Shown: piece after piece, positions 8,547 to 17,527 of the stretch
How the letters are laid out: the number at the start of each line of letters is the position of its first letter
Position numbering within the stretch: the first letter of the stretch is position 1
NCBI GenBank assembly: GCA_002070735.1
Contig: MWDX01000003.1
Location: 1-60,407 of the forward strand
Reading direction: 5' to 3'
Origin: Parcubacteria group bacterium ADurb.Bin115
GTDB taxonomy: Bacteria > Patescibacteriota > Patescibacteriia > Patescibacteriales > UBA12465
DNA length: 60,407 bases
Position numbers and translations under genes: made by a program
Notes under the pieces: generated by a model
Databases searched by the model: none
What the model was told of the DNA's origin: nothing
Seen by the model: the letters and a program-made list of their open reading frames with translations, nothing else

Positions 8547-11084
8547 TTAAACCTTGCGCAAATCAGACGCCAGAGCCTCTGTCCGTCTAATAATATCAGC
8601 CTCTACAATTGTTCGGTCTTGACCAAATTTCAAACTGCTCAAAGACCGAATTTTTGCGGAAATACCCTCGCGCTTTACTCCTAGAAGCGGCCAGATTGTT
8701 TTCATAGAAAAGGGCCGGCTAGGACTATTGTCTACCAATAATTTAATATATGCCGTGCCCTTGTCAATATTAATCAAATCATAGACATTAAAAACCGGGG
8801 CAAATTCTTTTACCAAAAACTCCGCATCTTCGGTCCCTATTTTGAAGGCAATTATCGTGCCGACATTACCAAACACGGCATCCTTAATTTCTGTATTATT
8901 ATTTTTAGTCAACTGACCTATATATTGGTGAGCGATAATCAAATTCAAAGCATATTTACGGGCTTCCGAAAGTATCTGACAAATAGAATTAGTGGTAAAA
9001 TTCTGAAACTCATCGATATATAAATAAAAATCTTTACGCGCCTCGGCCGGCATGTCGGTACGAGATAAAGCCGCCATCAAAATTTTACCGACAACAATCA
9101 TCCCTAAAAGATAAGCATTCATTTCCCCAACAACCCCTTTGGGTAAATCAATCAACAAAATCTTTTGCCTATCCATCAAATCGCGAAAATTAAAAGAGCT
9201 CTTCTGCTGACCAATAATCGGTCGCATCATATCGTTGGAAATAAAAGCAGTCAACTTGGAGGTGATATAGGGGACGATATTGGCCAAAGCAGCGTCGCCC
9301 CCCGCCTTTTCCGCTTCCTTTTTCCAAAAATCAATCACCGTGCGGTTATGACAACGAGATAATTTTAAACGGCGGAAATTTTCATCCGATAAAACTTTTG
9401 GTACTTCCATTAAAGTAGAACCGCTCTCCGGGTCATCCATGATTAATAAGAGAGCGTTACGCATATATTGCTCAAACATTGGTCCGCCTGTTTGTTTTAA
9501 ATCATACAATTTATCAAAAATTCCAATCATTTCATTAATCACAAAGCTTTTCTGCTCAGGGTAACGCGGATCATATTCCAATAAATTTAAAGCCAAGGGT
9601 CTCTCTAGGTTGGCTGGAGAAAAAATTACAACATCCTCTACTCTTTCCGGAGGCATGCGCTGTAAAATATCTTCAATTAAATCGCCATGAGGATCAAGGA
9701 CACAAACGCCCTCTCCGTTCTGAATATCCTGGATCGCCATATTGGCCAATAAAACCGATTTACCGACACCGGATTTACCAATGATGTAAGTATGCCGGCG
9801 TCGGTCTTGACGCTTTATCCTGATGTCTTTTTTGACGCCTCGATAAACATTCTGACCTAAAAGTAAGCCCTCACTGGGCAAATCGGCCGGCGCCGGTGCA
9901 TTTTTAGCGGTCAGCCATAAAATATTAGGCGTTTCCATGTGCTTTAAAGGTAGGTGAAAAACACTGGTTAATTCTTCAGTATTTAAGAGAAAAGAATAGT
10001 CTTCGCGGAAACGACGATAGATAAAATCCTTAATTTGCCTTTCTTGTCCGCTTTTAAGGGAGCGAGAAAAATGATTGCCATAACTATAATTATTATATTC
10101 AGTAAAAACACTGGCAACGTTTTCCAAATAGACATTAGCCCGTTCTTTACTTGAGGAAGAAACCACTATCCTAAGATTAACATCAAGTCCGGCGCGCAAA
10201 TTTTTTTCTTCAATAGACTTTACCGTCTCCTCTTCTAAGGCGGAAAGGCGTTTAGACACGGATTCATTCAAATTTTTTGTCTTATTTTTAATACCAGTAC
10301 CAGCTCCTAAAATATCTCTAAAGAATGAAAAAACTTTATATACTCCCCCACCGCTAATACCTTCACGGACAGAATTTTTTTCATGTATCCTTTTAACTAT
10401 ACTCCTAAGCTTTCGATGCCAGGCGCCGTTGGCGCTGCGCACGACATATTGGACGGCAACACTTTCATCCTTATCTAACTTAGACATGATGTTTATTAAA
10501 GAATTAAGCGGATCAACCTCTATTTTCTGATAAGTGCGTAGAGGCAGAGCGAAGTGCTTCTTGGTTTTTAAGGAAGCCGCCACCACCTGGCCGCTCATGC
10601 TAAAAATATTATAATCTTCAATTTCTTCAATTACCGCTTCCGGATAATGAGCCGTAATCTGCTGTTCCAAATACCGCGACAAAGCCCGTGGGGCCACCGC
10701 ATAAAAAGCAATTTTATGATGATTGGCCACGATTTCAAAGGCAAAATGGTCATTACGGCCAAGTAGCCAAGCAGTAAAGCCTCGCTGGGCTTTTAAGCCG
10801 CCGATACTGGCAAAAATTGTTTCTCCTCTGGCAATTTCCTCACGCATCTGCTGTAAGGAAAAATCCTTATTCTCATCTTGAGGCTTCTCTTTGGGCAACC
10901 TGATTAAAAAAACCTGATGATTAAAATAAGCGTTATCCGTGGCAAAACGGCGCACAAAAAAACGGAAAAGAAAAACAAGTCCTACAAGCAAGGCAATGAC
11001 CACCAATAAAAATAAAACAGAAAAAACAACAGCGCCACTATCGCTCTTAGAAAATATAATTAAATTATCTAAAAATGAAGCCAT
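8547..11084 (-). CDS. membrane-anchored VirD4/TraG/HerA-superfamily P-loop ATPase with a ~400-aa N-terminal domain of unknown function
   Basis: It has an N-terminal TM helix. Walker A is GKSGVGKS (nt 9756-9779) and Walker B-like is LYIDEFQNF. The C-terminal half resembles type IV coupling-protein or DUF87-type ATPases. The N-terminal half is paralogous to ORF 45688..47127. Confidence 0.8.
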   Translation of the reverse strand: MASFLDNLIIFSKSDSGAVVFSVLFLLVVIALLVGLVFLFRFFVRRFATDNAYFNHQVFLIRLPKEKPQDENKDFSLQQMREEIARGETIFASIGGLKAQRGFTAWLLGRNDHFAFEIVANHHKIAFYAVAPRALSRYLEQQITAHYPEAVIEEIEDYNIFSMSGQVVAASLKTKKHFALPLRTYQKIEVDPLNSLINIMSKLDKDESVAVQYVVRSANGAWHRKLRSIVKRIHEKNSVREGISGGGVYKVFSFFRDILGAGTGIKNKTKNLNESVSKRLSALEEETVKSIEEKNLRAGLDVNLRIVVSSSSKERANVYLENVASVFTEYNNYSYGNHFSRSLKSGQERQIKDFIYRRFREDYSFLLNTEELTSVFHLPLKHMETPNILWLTAKNAPAPADLPSEGLLLGQNVYRGVKKDIRIKRQDRRRHTYIIGKSGVGKSVLLANMAIQDIQNGEGVCVLDPHGDLIEDILQRMPPERVEDVVIFSPANLERPLALNLLEYDPRYPEQKSFVINEMIGIFDKLYDLKQTGGPMFEQYMRNALLLIMDDPESGSTLMEVPKVLSDENFRRLKLSRCHNRTVIDFWKKEAEKAGGDAALANIVPYITSKLTAFISNDMMRPIIGQQKSSFNFRDLMDRQKILLIDLPKGVVGEMNAYLLGMIVVGKILMAALSRTDMPAEARKDFYLYIDEFQNFTTNSICQILSEARKYALNLIIAHQYIGQLTKNNNTEIKDAVFGNVGTIIAFKIGTEDAEFLVKEFAPVFNVYDLINIDKGTAYIKLLVDNSPSRPFSMKTIWPLLGVKREGISAKIRSLSSLKFGQDRTIVEADIIRRTEALASDLRKV

Positions 11085-11087
11085 AGA

Positions 11088-11564
11088 CTAAAGGTTGCGT
11101 TTTATTTTTAAAATATTATCCGCTTTTATTTTAGCTTCTTGCTCTAAAAAAAATTTATTAACATGGGGAATGAGACCGAGCCAACGCTTGATTAAAGAAA
11201 TTATTTTATCTACCCTAACCTTCGCTTTGTTTAGCAAAAGACTAATTTTATTGGCAGTTTTTTCTCCCTCCTCTTTAAAACGTCGCTGTTCTTCCGGATT
11301 CATCTGCAAAAATACCTGATCCAAGCCAGATGACATAATATTTTCAATTACTTGTAATTGCTGAGATTGGGCGTCGCCACCGCCGGACTTAAGCGAAGTT
11401 GACGCCAAGGACGTAGGCGTGGGAAAAGTCGAAGGTAATTGCTCATTTTTTTTCTCCATCGGTCGAAGCAAAACTTTCTCTTGATTATTTTCAAAAGAAT
11501 TGCCTTCTAATGGCCGATCGGGCGCGCTCGGCGGAGTTTGTTCAATTTTATTCTCACCAGGCAT
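11088..11564 (-). CDS. hypothetical protein (low-complexity N-terminus, helical C-terminus)
   Basis: This 158-aa ORF is 3 nt upstream of the ATPase gene and 2 nt downstream of the ferredoxin ORF, which suggests operonic packing. No recognisable motif. Confidence 0.6.
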   Translation of the reverse strand: MPGENKIEQTPPSAPDRPLEGNSFENNQEKVLLRPMEKKNEQLPSTFPTPTSLASTSLKSGGGDAQSQQLQVIENIMSSGLDQVFLQMNPEEQRRFKEEGEKTANKISLLLNKAKVRVDKIISLIKRWLGLIPHVNKFFLEQEAKIKADNILKIKRNL

Positions 11565-11566
11565 AA

Positions 11567-11737
11567 TTAAAGACTAATAGCCTTAACTGGGCAGCTGGCC
11601 GCCGCGTTCTGGGCACAACCAGAAGTCTCTTGAGAAATAGGTTCAGATTTACCGTCGGCGTTCATCTGAAATGTTTTCGGACAAATTCCGGCGCATAAAC
11701 CGCAACCAATGCATTTTTCTTGATCAACTTTAATCAT
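11567..11737 (-). CDS. small single-cluster [4Fe-4S]/[3Fe-4S] ferredoxin (56 aa)
   Basis: Manual translation gives MIKVDQEKCIGCGLCAGICPKTFQMNADGKSEPISQETSGCAQNAAASCPVKAISL. It carries CxxCxxCxxxCP plus a distal CP motif. It is not in the ORF track because it is under 60 aa. Confidence 0.75.
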   Translation of the reverse strand: MIKVDQEKCIGCGLCAGICPKTFQMNADGKSEPISQETSGCAQNAAASCPVKAISL

Positions 11738-11740
11738 ATT
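11735..11740. repeat. target-site duplication, left copy (CATATT)
   Basis: The identical hexamer directly abuts the outer ends of both inverted repeats (11735-11740 and 12826-12831). Confidence 0.7.
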
Positions 11741-11768
11741 AGGGATGTGTGAATTAATTATGTGTAAA
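11741..11768. repeat. IS terminal inverted repeat (left)
   Basis: AGGGATGTGTGAATTAATTATGTGTAAA is the exact reverse complement of 12798-12825. Confidence 0.9.
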
Positions 11769-12734
11769 ATTTGTTATTTTTCTGTTATTGCAATTGACGC
11801 TGAATTTGGTTCTAGTTAGCGCTGTGGCACGCGATTGAAGCGATTTAGTTGTCCTCTGATATTTACATCTATCTCGGATGATATTATTGAAAGATTCCAT
11901 GCAGTTGGTGGTGTGGGGCAAATTTAATTCTGGATGATGAATGTAGTTTCTAAATTCAGTTAAACGGCGCAAAAGTTCATTTCCCAATCGTCGGTAATAA
12001 TATGGGCACCCAGGAGAGTTAATTAATTCATATAGTTCTAAAGAATATTCTGACTCATGATTAATTGTTTTTAGTAACTTACAAACAGTGGCATAGATTT
12101 CTTTCCGAATCGGATGATCGGGCATATTTTTCCAAAACCCCAATCTAATTTGCAGTTGCGCTAGGAGATGGAAATGGCATCGCTGGCAAATCCAGCCATA
12201 CTTTCTTCCCATGCCATCAACTCCTCTAAATCCATCGGAAACTAGGGCTAAAACACGATTTCTAATATCTTCTGGAATAGACGCAAAAGCCACTTTCCAA
12301 CTCCCGAGAGATTCTCTTCCGGGCAATAGTATTGGATCAAGCAGATAGGCTTTGCCGCCCGCTTTTGAGCGGATGGCGAATGAATATAAAGTCCAATATT
12401 TTTGCTCGAGAAAGAATCTGACGCCGTCGGCTAGAATAATTAACCAACCATCGGGATACTTGTTTGTTCTTTCTGTTTTTAATATTGATTTGTTTAAGCG
12501 ATGACATAATCCGGAACGGCTGATTGAATTTGAGTGCTTGGCAATATGAGTTGTTTTTTCTCCTTGACCAAGGACTCTGTCAATTAGGCTAGAGCTAATT
12601 CTCCTGTTCTTTCGGCCCCGCTTCTTTTTCCAGTTTGTCCACGTTTTTCCGCACTCCGAACACTTCCTTCTTTTGCCGCCAATTTTATATATTTTCGCCT
12701 GGCAGCAAGGCGATTTCTCGTGTAATTTATTCAT
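11754..12734 (-). CDS. DDE transposase with N-terminal zinc ribbon (IS256/Mutator-like signature; family tentative)
   Basis: It has the Zn ribbon CCQAKIYKIGGKRRKCSECGK. Candidate catalytic residues are ILADGV, LVSDGFRG...QRCHFHL and TTNCMESFNNIIR (D-~65-D-~113-E spacing). The stop codon lies inside the left IR. Confidence 0.85.
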   Translation of the reverse strand: MNKLHEKSPCCQAKIYKIGGKRRKCSECGKTWTNWKKKRGRKNRRISSSLIDRVLGQGEKTTHIAKHSNSISRSGLCHRLNKSILKTERTNKYPDGWLIILADGVRFFLEQKYWTLYSFAIRSKAGGKAYLLDPILLPGRESLGSWKVAFASIPEDIRNRVLALVSDGFRGVDGMGRKYGWICQRCHFHLLAQLQIRLGFWKNMPDHPIRKEIYATVCKLLKTINHESEYSLELYELINSPGCPYYYRRLGNELLRRLTEFRNYIHHPELNLPHTTNCMESFNNIIRDRCKYQRTTKSLQSRATALTRTKFSVNCNNRKITNFTHN

Positions 12735-12797
12735 ACACGAGAATTATCTCCAAAAACGTCAAAATTTACTATTACATTAGCTAATATTTTAAATATC

Positions 12798-12825
12798 TTT
12801 ACACATAATTAATTCACACATCCCT
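12798..12825. repeat. IS terminal inverted repeat (right)
   Basis: TTTACACATAATTAATTCACACATCCCT is the reverse complement of 11741-11768. Confidence 0.9.
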
Positions 12826-12831
12826 CATATT
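12826..12831. repeat. target-site duplication, right copy (CATATT)
   Basis: See the left copy. Confidence 0.7.
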
Positions 12832-12897
12832 ATTTAATATAGGAAAATCGACACGCTCCAGCCTGCCGTCTTTTCTTTATTTAAAATTAACATTAAA

Positions 12898-12906
12898 ATT
12901 ATAGCA
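12898..12906 (-). promoter_or_regulatory. candidate extended -10 promoter (TGcTATAAT) for the ferredoxin/ATPase operon, now separated from it by the IS
   Basis: The minus-strand sequence reads ATATGCTATAAT. The -35 is poor. It is about 60 nt upstream of the reconstructed pre-insertion start codon. Confidence 0.3.
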
Positions 12907-12994
12907 TATATTTAAAAAAATAACAGCCAAAATGAAGCTTTAAAAACCCTAATCTTTTCCCTTTTTATCAAGATAAAAGCCAATTTACCAGAAG

Positions 12995-13023
12995 TTGACA
13001 ATGATAAAATATTTTGTTATATT
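12995..13023 (+). promoter_or_regulatory. sigma-70-type promoter for rpmA
   Basis: TTGACA, a 17-nt spacer, then TATATT. It lies about 80 nt upstream of the rpmA ATG. Confidence 0.5.
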
Positions 13024-13104
13024 AGCTTTATTGTTTAAAAATATTTATGAAAAAGCGGCTGGCCGTTTTCTTTTTATTAAAACGACGCCAGTCCTGAAAC
13101 CTGT

Positions 13105-13377
13105 ATGGCCCATAAAAAAGCCGGCGGCTCAACTGCCTTAGGCCGCGATTCAGAAAGTAAACGCCTAGGCGTCAAGCTATCTGACGGCCAAATTGCTAAA
13201 GCTGGCAACATCATTATCCGCCAACGCGGAACTAAATACCATCCGGGAGAAAACGTCCGTCGCGGTAACGACGATACGCTCTTCGCCGTAGCCGATGGTA
13301 AGGTTAAATTTAGCACTAAAAAACTCAAAAAATTTAACGGAAAACTCAAAAGCACAAAAATTGTCAGCGTTAAATAA
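13105..13377 (+). CDS. rpmA: 50S ribosomal protein L27
   Basis: [10 protein letters not shown]...[18 protein letters not shown] is the canonical L27 sequence. Confidence 0.96.
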   Translation: MAHKKAGGSTALGRDSESKRLGVKLSDGQIAKAGNIIIRQRGTKYHPGENVRRGNDDTLFAVADGKVKFSTKKLKKFNGKLKSTKIVSVK

Positions 13378-13404
13378 TTTAATTCGCAGATAAAAAAACC
13401 TATA

Positions 13405-13439
13405 CAAAAATACCCAGTTCATCAACGGGGTATTTTTTG
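13405..13439. terminator. bidirectional rho-independent terminator between convergent rpmA and pyrG
   Basis: CAAAAATACCC, loop, GGGGTATTTTTTG. There are A and T runs on both sides. Confidence 0.65.
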
Positions 13440-13449
13440 TAACTGAGCC

Positions 13450-15132
13450 TTATTTTTCTTTTAAACAGGCGCCCACAAAAGCGACAAATAAAGGATGGGG
13501 GGACAGGGGTCGAGAAATGTATTCAGGATGAAATTGAACGCCCACAAAAAATGGATGATTTTTTAATTCAATCGCCTCGACAATCTGGCCGTCAGGAGAA
13601 GTACCGGCGACAATTAAGCCTAATTTTTCAAAACGAGTGCGATAATCATTATTAAATTCGTAACGATGGCGATGACGCTCAGAAACAATTTTGTCTTTTG
13701 TATACTTAGCATAAGCAGATGACAAGCGTGTTCCTTCTCGCAAACGACACGGCCAACCGCCTAAGCGAATGGTGCCGCCATAGCCTTTCTCGGCAATTAA
13801 CTTTTCCTGACCAGGCATAATATGGATAACAGGGTTAGACGTCTTCGGATTAACTTCAGCTGAATTAGCATCTTTCAAACCGGCAACATTGCGGGCAAAT
13901 TCAATCACCGCCATTTGCATGCCGTAGCAAAGACCAAAATAGGGAATTTTCTTTTCTCGGCAATATTTAATAGCGGCAATTTTGCCTTCAGCTCCGCGCC
14001 CTCCCCAACCCTGAGGAATAATTAAACCATCCATCCCCTTTAATACGGAAACGCCTTTTTTCTCAACCTCCTCGGCGCTTAACCAGTGTAAATTAACCTT
14101 GCAGTGATTAGCGGCGGCGGCGTGTTTAACCGACTCGATGACGGAAATATAAGAATCTGTGAGATTAAAATTGCCAGTTGCAAAATATTTGCCAACAATT
14201 CCTATATCCACCGACCGCTTACCACTCTTAGAAGCGTTTACAAATTTTTTCCATGCTTCATTCTTAGGTTCGCGGTTGCGAACCGGCAAATTAAGCTTCT
14301 CCAAAATTCTGGAACCGAGATTTTCTTTTTCAAAATTCAGAGGAATATCATAGATAGAATCGGCGTCGGGAGCGGCAATAACATCGGCAATGGCAACATT
14401 GCAATGAATAGCCAATTTCTCCTTACGCTCGTTATCTATCGGCTGTTCGCTGCGAGCAATCAAAAAATCTGGCTGAATACCGGCGCTATTTAAACTTCTG
14501 ACAGCATGCTGAGTGGGCTTCGTTTTCATTTCCCCGATTTTTTTGGGAACCGGCAAATAAGAGACCATAACAAATAAAACATCCTTAGGATTATAGAGTT
14601 TCATTACCCTGGCAGCTTCTAAAAATAGTAAATTTTCATATTCTCCGACCGTACCGCCAATTTCAATAATCATTATTTCGGCGCCGCTTTTTTCTAAAGC
14701 CGCGTCTATTCGGCGACGGATTTCCATCGGGATATGCGGCACCACCTGCACACACTTTCCTTTATATTCCAAATTACGCTCGCGATTAATAACCGTCTGA
14801 TAAATACGACCGGTGGTCATGTAATTTTCCCGGTAGATATTTTTATTTAGAAAGCGCTCGTAATTACCCAAATCCTGATCGGTTTCATCGCCGTCTTCGG
14901 TCACAAAAACTTCACCGTGTTCAATGGGGTTCATTGTGCCGGCATCAACATTAATATAGGGATCCATTTTAATAGCGCTGACTTTATAGCCGCGCGCCTG
15001 GAGAATTTGACCAATAGAGGCCGTGCTGACGCCCTTGCCGACGCCAGACATCACGCCGCCGACTACGAAGATAAACTTAGGCGGCAACGCCTCTTTTTTG
15101 GAGCTGAGTCTGGATGTTTTGGCTTTTTTCAT
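13450..15132 (-). CDS. pyrG: CTP synthase
   Basis: It has the N-terminal synthetase motif GGVMSGVGKGV and a C-terminal class I glutamine amidotransferase (GLCYGMQ, HRHRYE). Confidence 0.96.
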   Translation of the reverse strand: MKKAKTSRLSSKKEALPPKFIFVVGGVMSGVGKGVSTASIGQILQARGYKVSAIKMDPYINVDAGTMNPIEHGEVFVTEDGDETDQDLGNYERFLNKNIYRENYMTTGRIYQTVINRERNLEYKGKCVQVVPHIPMEIRRRIDAALEKSGAEIMIIEIGGTVGEYENLLFLEAARVMKLYNPKDVLFVMVSYLPVPKKIGEMKTKPTQHAVRSLNSAGIQPDFLIARSEQPIDNERKEKLAIHCNVAIADVIAAPDADSIYDIPLNFEKENLGSRILEKLNLPVRNREPKNEAWKKFVNASKSGKRSVDIGIVGKYFATGNFNLTDSYISVIESVKHAAAANHCKVNLHWLSAEEVEKKGVSVLKGMDGLIIPQGWGGRGAEGKIAAIKYCREKKIPYFGLCYGMQMAVIEFARNVAGLKDANSAEVNPKTSNPVIHIMPGQEKLIAEKGYGGTIRLGGWPCRLREGTRLSSAYAKYTKDKIVSERHRHRYEFNNDYRTRFEKLGLIVAGTSPDGQIVEAIELKNHPFFVGVQFHPEYISRPLSPHPLFVAFVGACLKEK

Positions 15133-15177
15133 AAGAAAATATAGCAGCGCCTAAAACGCCTTATTGCCTGATTAATT

Positions 15178-16404
15178 TTATTTATTATTTTTTAAGATAA
15201 GTTCTAAAGCCTTATTCATCTGAGGATCAATATTCTTATTTAAATCATCTTTGCTTAATTTCACTTCAATATCAGGAGTGATACCCTTATCGTTAATAAA
15301 ATCTCCGCTCGGCGTGAGCCATTTGGCGACGGTGACTTTTAAAGCTGAACCATCGCTTAAATTACGCAAACTTTGAACAGAGCCTTTACCATAAGACTGT
15401 TCTCCCACTAGAGTAGCCTTCTTATAATCCCGCAAAGCCCCGGCCACTATTTCCGAAGCGGAAGCGCTGCCGCCATTGATTAAGACCACGGTTTTAAAAT
15501 TTCCCAAACGGTTATTGCCGGTAGCAAAATATTCCTGCCGCTTACCTTCACCAAATTGTTCAACCACTACCGGCCCTTCTTTCACCCAGGCGCTAGCCAT
15601 ATAAATAGCCGTATCCAGATAACCGCCAGGGTTATTGCGCAAATCTAAAATTAAACCCTTAGGATTTTTGGTTAAAGCCGTTTCTACCGCCTGATTGAAT
15701 AGGTCTAGAGTATCGTCATTAAAATTACTGACGGTAATAACCATCACGCCGTCTTTACGGATTTCAGTTTTAACGCTTTTTACAAAAATCTGATCGCGGA
15801 TAATTTTTATATCTATAGGCCCCTCTTCGTCTTGACGAATGATTGTTAGTACTACTTCTGTTCCTTTGGGACCGCGAATTTTTTTCACAGCCTCATCGAC
15901 GCCTAAGCCGATAGTGCTCTCACCATTAATAGCATAGATTTTATCACCCGCTCTAATACCGGCTTTTTCTGCCGGCATGCCCGCCAAAGGAGCAATCACG
16001 GTAATCAGGTCATTACGCATGCCTACTTCGGCGCCGATGCCCTCAAAAGTGCCCAATAGATCATCGGAAAATTCTTGAGCTTCTTTAGGGTCCATAAAAA
16101 TAGTGTAAGGATCATCCATAGAAGCGGCTAATCCGCGCAAAGATCCGTAAAACATGTCTTCATCCTTAATTTTATTCTTATCAACATAATCACTTTTCAA
16201 ACGATCCCAAACCTCCCAATAAAGATTAAAGTTGAAATTAGAACCGGTGTCAGTTTTCAGAGCTTCGGGGGAATAAGCAAGTTGTTTGACTGCGTCAGTT
16301 TGACGATTAGACCAGAAAAGACCGGCGGTAAAAGAGACCCCCATCAATAAAATGATAGCCAGCCAGCGCCAAGTTGGTTTTCCTGCTGAATAATTATTGT
16401 CCAT
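15178..16404 (-). CDS. S41-family C-terminal processing peptidase with PDZ domain
   Basis: It has an N-terminal TM anchor, a PDZ segment (AEKAGIRAGDKIYAING), the catalytic region NGGSASASEI and the lysine region GKGSVQ. Confidence 0.9.
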   Translation of the reverse strand: MDNNYSAGKPTWRWLAIILLMGVSFTAGLFWSNRQTDAVKQLAYSPEALKTDTGSNFNFNLYWEVWDRLKSDYVDKNKIKDEDMFYGSLRGLAASMDDPYTIFMDPKEAQEFSDDLLGTFEGIGAEVGMRNDLITVIAPLAGMPAEKAGIRAGDKIYAINGESTIGLGVDEAVKKIRGPKGTEVVLTIIRQDEEGPIDIKIIRDQIFVKSVKTEIRKDGVMVITVSNFNDDTLDLFNQAVETALTKNPKGLILDLRNNPGGYLDTAIYMASAWVKEGPVVVEQFGEGKRQEYFATGNNRLGNFKTVVLINGGSASASEIVAGALRDYKKATLVGEQSYGKGSVQSLRNLSDGSALKVTVAKWLTPSGDFINDKGITPDIEVKLSKDDLNKNIDPQMNKALELILKNNK

Positions 16405-16409
16405 ATAAT

Positions 16410-17003
16410 TTATTTTCTTAATATTTTTAAATTGCCATTTTTTTCTAAAAGTAATAAACGGGAAACAGCCCGCTTGTTCGACCCTCCCGTCACTATTAAA
16501 TCCAAGTCTTTACGTCCAGAAAATATTTTAGCCGCCTCTTCGGGCGCTAATATTTTTTGGCCGCTAAGATTGGCGCTAGTTGAAACTAAGGGAGAAGCAG
16601 AGGCTCTTACTATTTTACGCAAAAAAACACTTTTGGGCAAACGCACCGCCAAATAAGGGCTACCGGCCGTTAAACTTTTAGGCAATAAGCCCCGGTGAGG
16701 CAACAAAACTGAAGTCGGACGCACCTGTGACCATATTTTTTTTAATTTTTCATATTGAATCTTATTGATAAAACAAAATTTTTTAACCATTGACAAACTG
16801 GAGACTAAAACGAGTAAAGGTTTTTTCGCCTCTCTTGATTTTAAAGAAAAAATTTTGGCAATCGCCGCCGCGTTGTCAGCCCGGCAAGAAAATCCGTAAA
16901 CAGTATCGGTAGGCAACATTACCACTTTCCCCTTCTTTAAAAAAGCCGCCAAATCGCGCGAAAATACAGAATTATCGGCCGTCGGTAGGGAGATTATTTT
17001 CAT
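16410..17003 (-). CDS. tsaC: L-threonylcarbamoyladenylate synthase (YrdC/Sua5 domain)
   Basis: It carries LPTDTVYGF, the SxN motif (STSANLSG) and has YrdC-only length. Confidence 0.85.
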   Translation of the reverse strand: MKIISLPTADNSVFSRDLAAFLKKGKVVMLPTDTVYGFSCRADNAAAIAKIFSLKSREAKKPLLVLVSSLSMVKKFCFINKIQYEKLKKIWSQVRPTSVLLPHRGLLPKSLTAGSPYLAVRLPKSVFLRKIVRASASPLVSTSANLSGQKILAPEEAAKIFSGRKDLDLIVTGGSNKRAVSRLLLLEKNGNLKILRK

Positions 17004-17006
17004 AAG

Positions 17007-17522
17007 CTAAATCAAAGATTGCAGAGCCTTAAGAGCCGTCGGTAAAAAAGGCAGAGCAATATTAACAACAGTAAGAAAGAAGGGTGCCACTTGGGAAGAC
17101 AGCAAATAATCGCCAAAAAGACTACCTATCCAGGCATAACGAGAGATAACAAATAAAATCAAACCAATAAAAAGAGAACCCTCCAAGAAACCGAGCGCGC
17201 CGCCGAGCAAACGGTTAATCATTTTCGTAAAAGGAATAATGGAAATAAGATTAAAAATCTTTTCCAAAACGACAAATATCCAATCGATAATCAGGGTAGC
17301 GGCGATAAAAACAATAATAAAAGACAGCACCTTGCCTAGACTTTCGCGGCCGCCAAAAAGATACTGACCCCATTCATAAAACTGAAGATAAAAATGACCA
17401 GCAATAAAAGCTCCGAGAAGCAGACCGACAATATTGCCTAGAAGCCTAATTAAGCCCTTGGTCAAGCCGTTAAAAACAAAGCCAACCAAAATAACAATAA
17501 GCGCGATGTCAAAATAAGACAT
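17007..17522 (-). CDS. cvpA: CvpA-family membrane protein
   Basis: It has four predicted TM helices and the N-terminus FDIALIVILVGFVFNGLTKGLIR typical of CvpA. Confidence 0.75.
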   Translation of the reverse strand: MSYFDIALIVILVGFVFNGLTKGLIRLLGNIVGLLLGAFIAGHFYLQFYEWGQYLFGGRESLGKVLSFIIVFIAATLIIDWIFVVLEKIFNLISIIPFTKMINRLLGGALGFLEGSLFIGLILFVISRYAWIGSLFGDYLLSSQVAPFFLTVVNIALPFLPTALKALQSLI

Positions 17523-17527
17523 ATATT

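Larger units (their letters stand above)
11741..12825 (-). mobile_element. insertion sequence (1,085 bp) with a single transposase ORF
   Basis: It has perfect 28-bp terminal inverted repeats, a 6-bp direct repeat outside them, and one ORF filling the element. Confidence 0.88.

Noticed and set aside
13048-13098. A tiny ORF ([16 protein letters not shown]) in the rpmA leader might be a leader peptide or attenuator.
   Set aside because: It has only 16 codons and no associated alternative hairpins that I could identify, so it is indistinguishable from chance.
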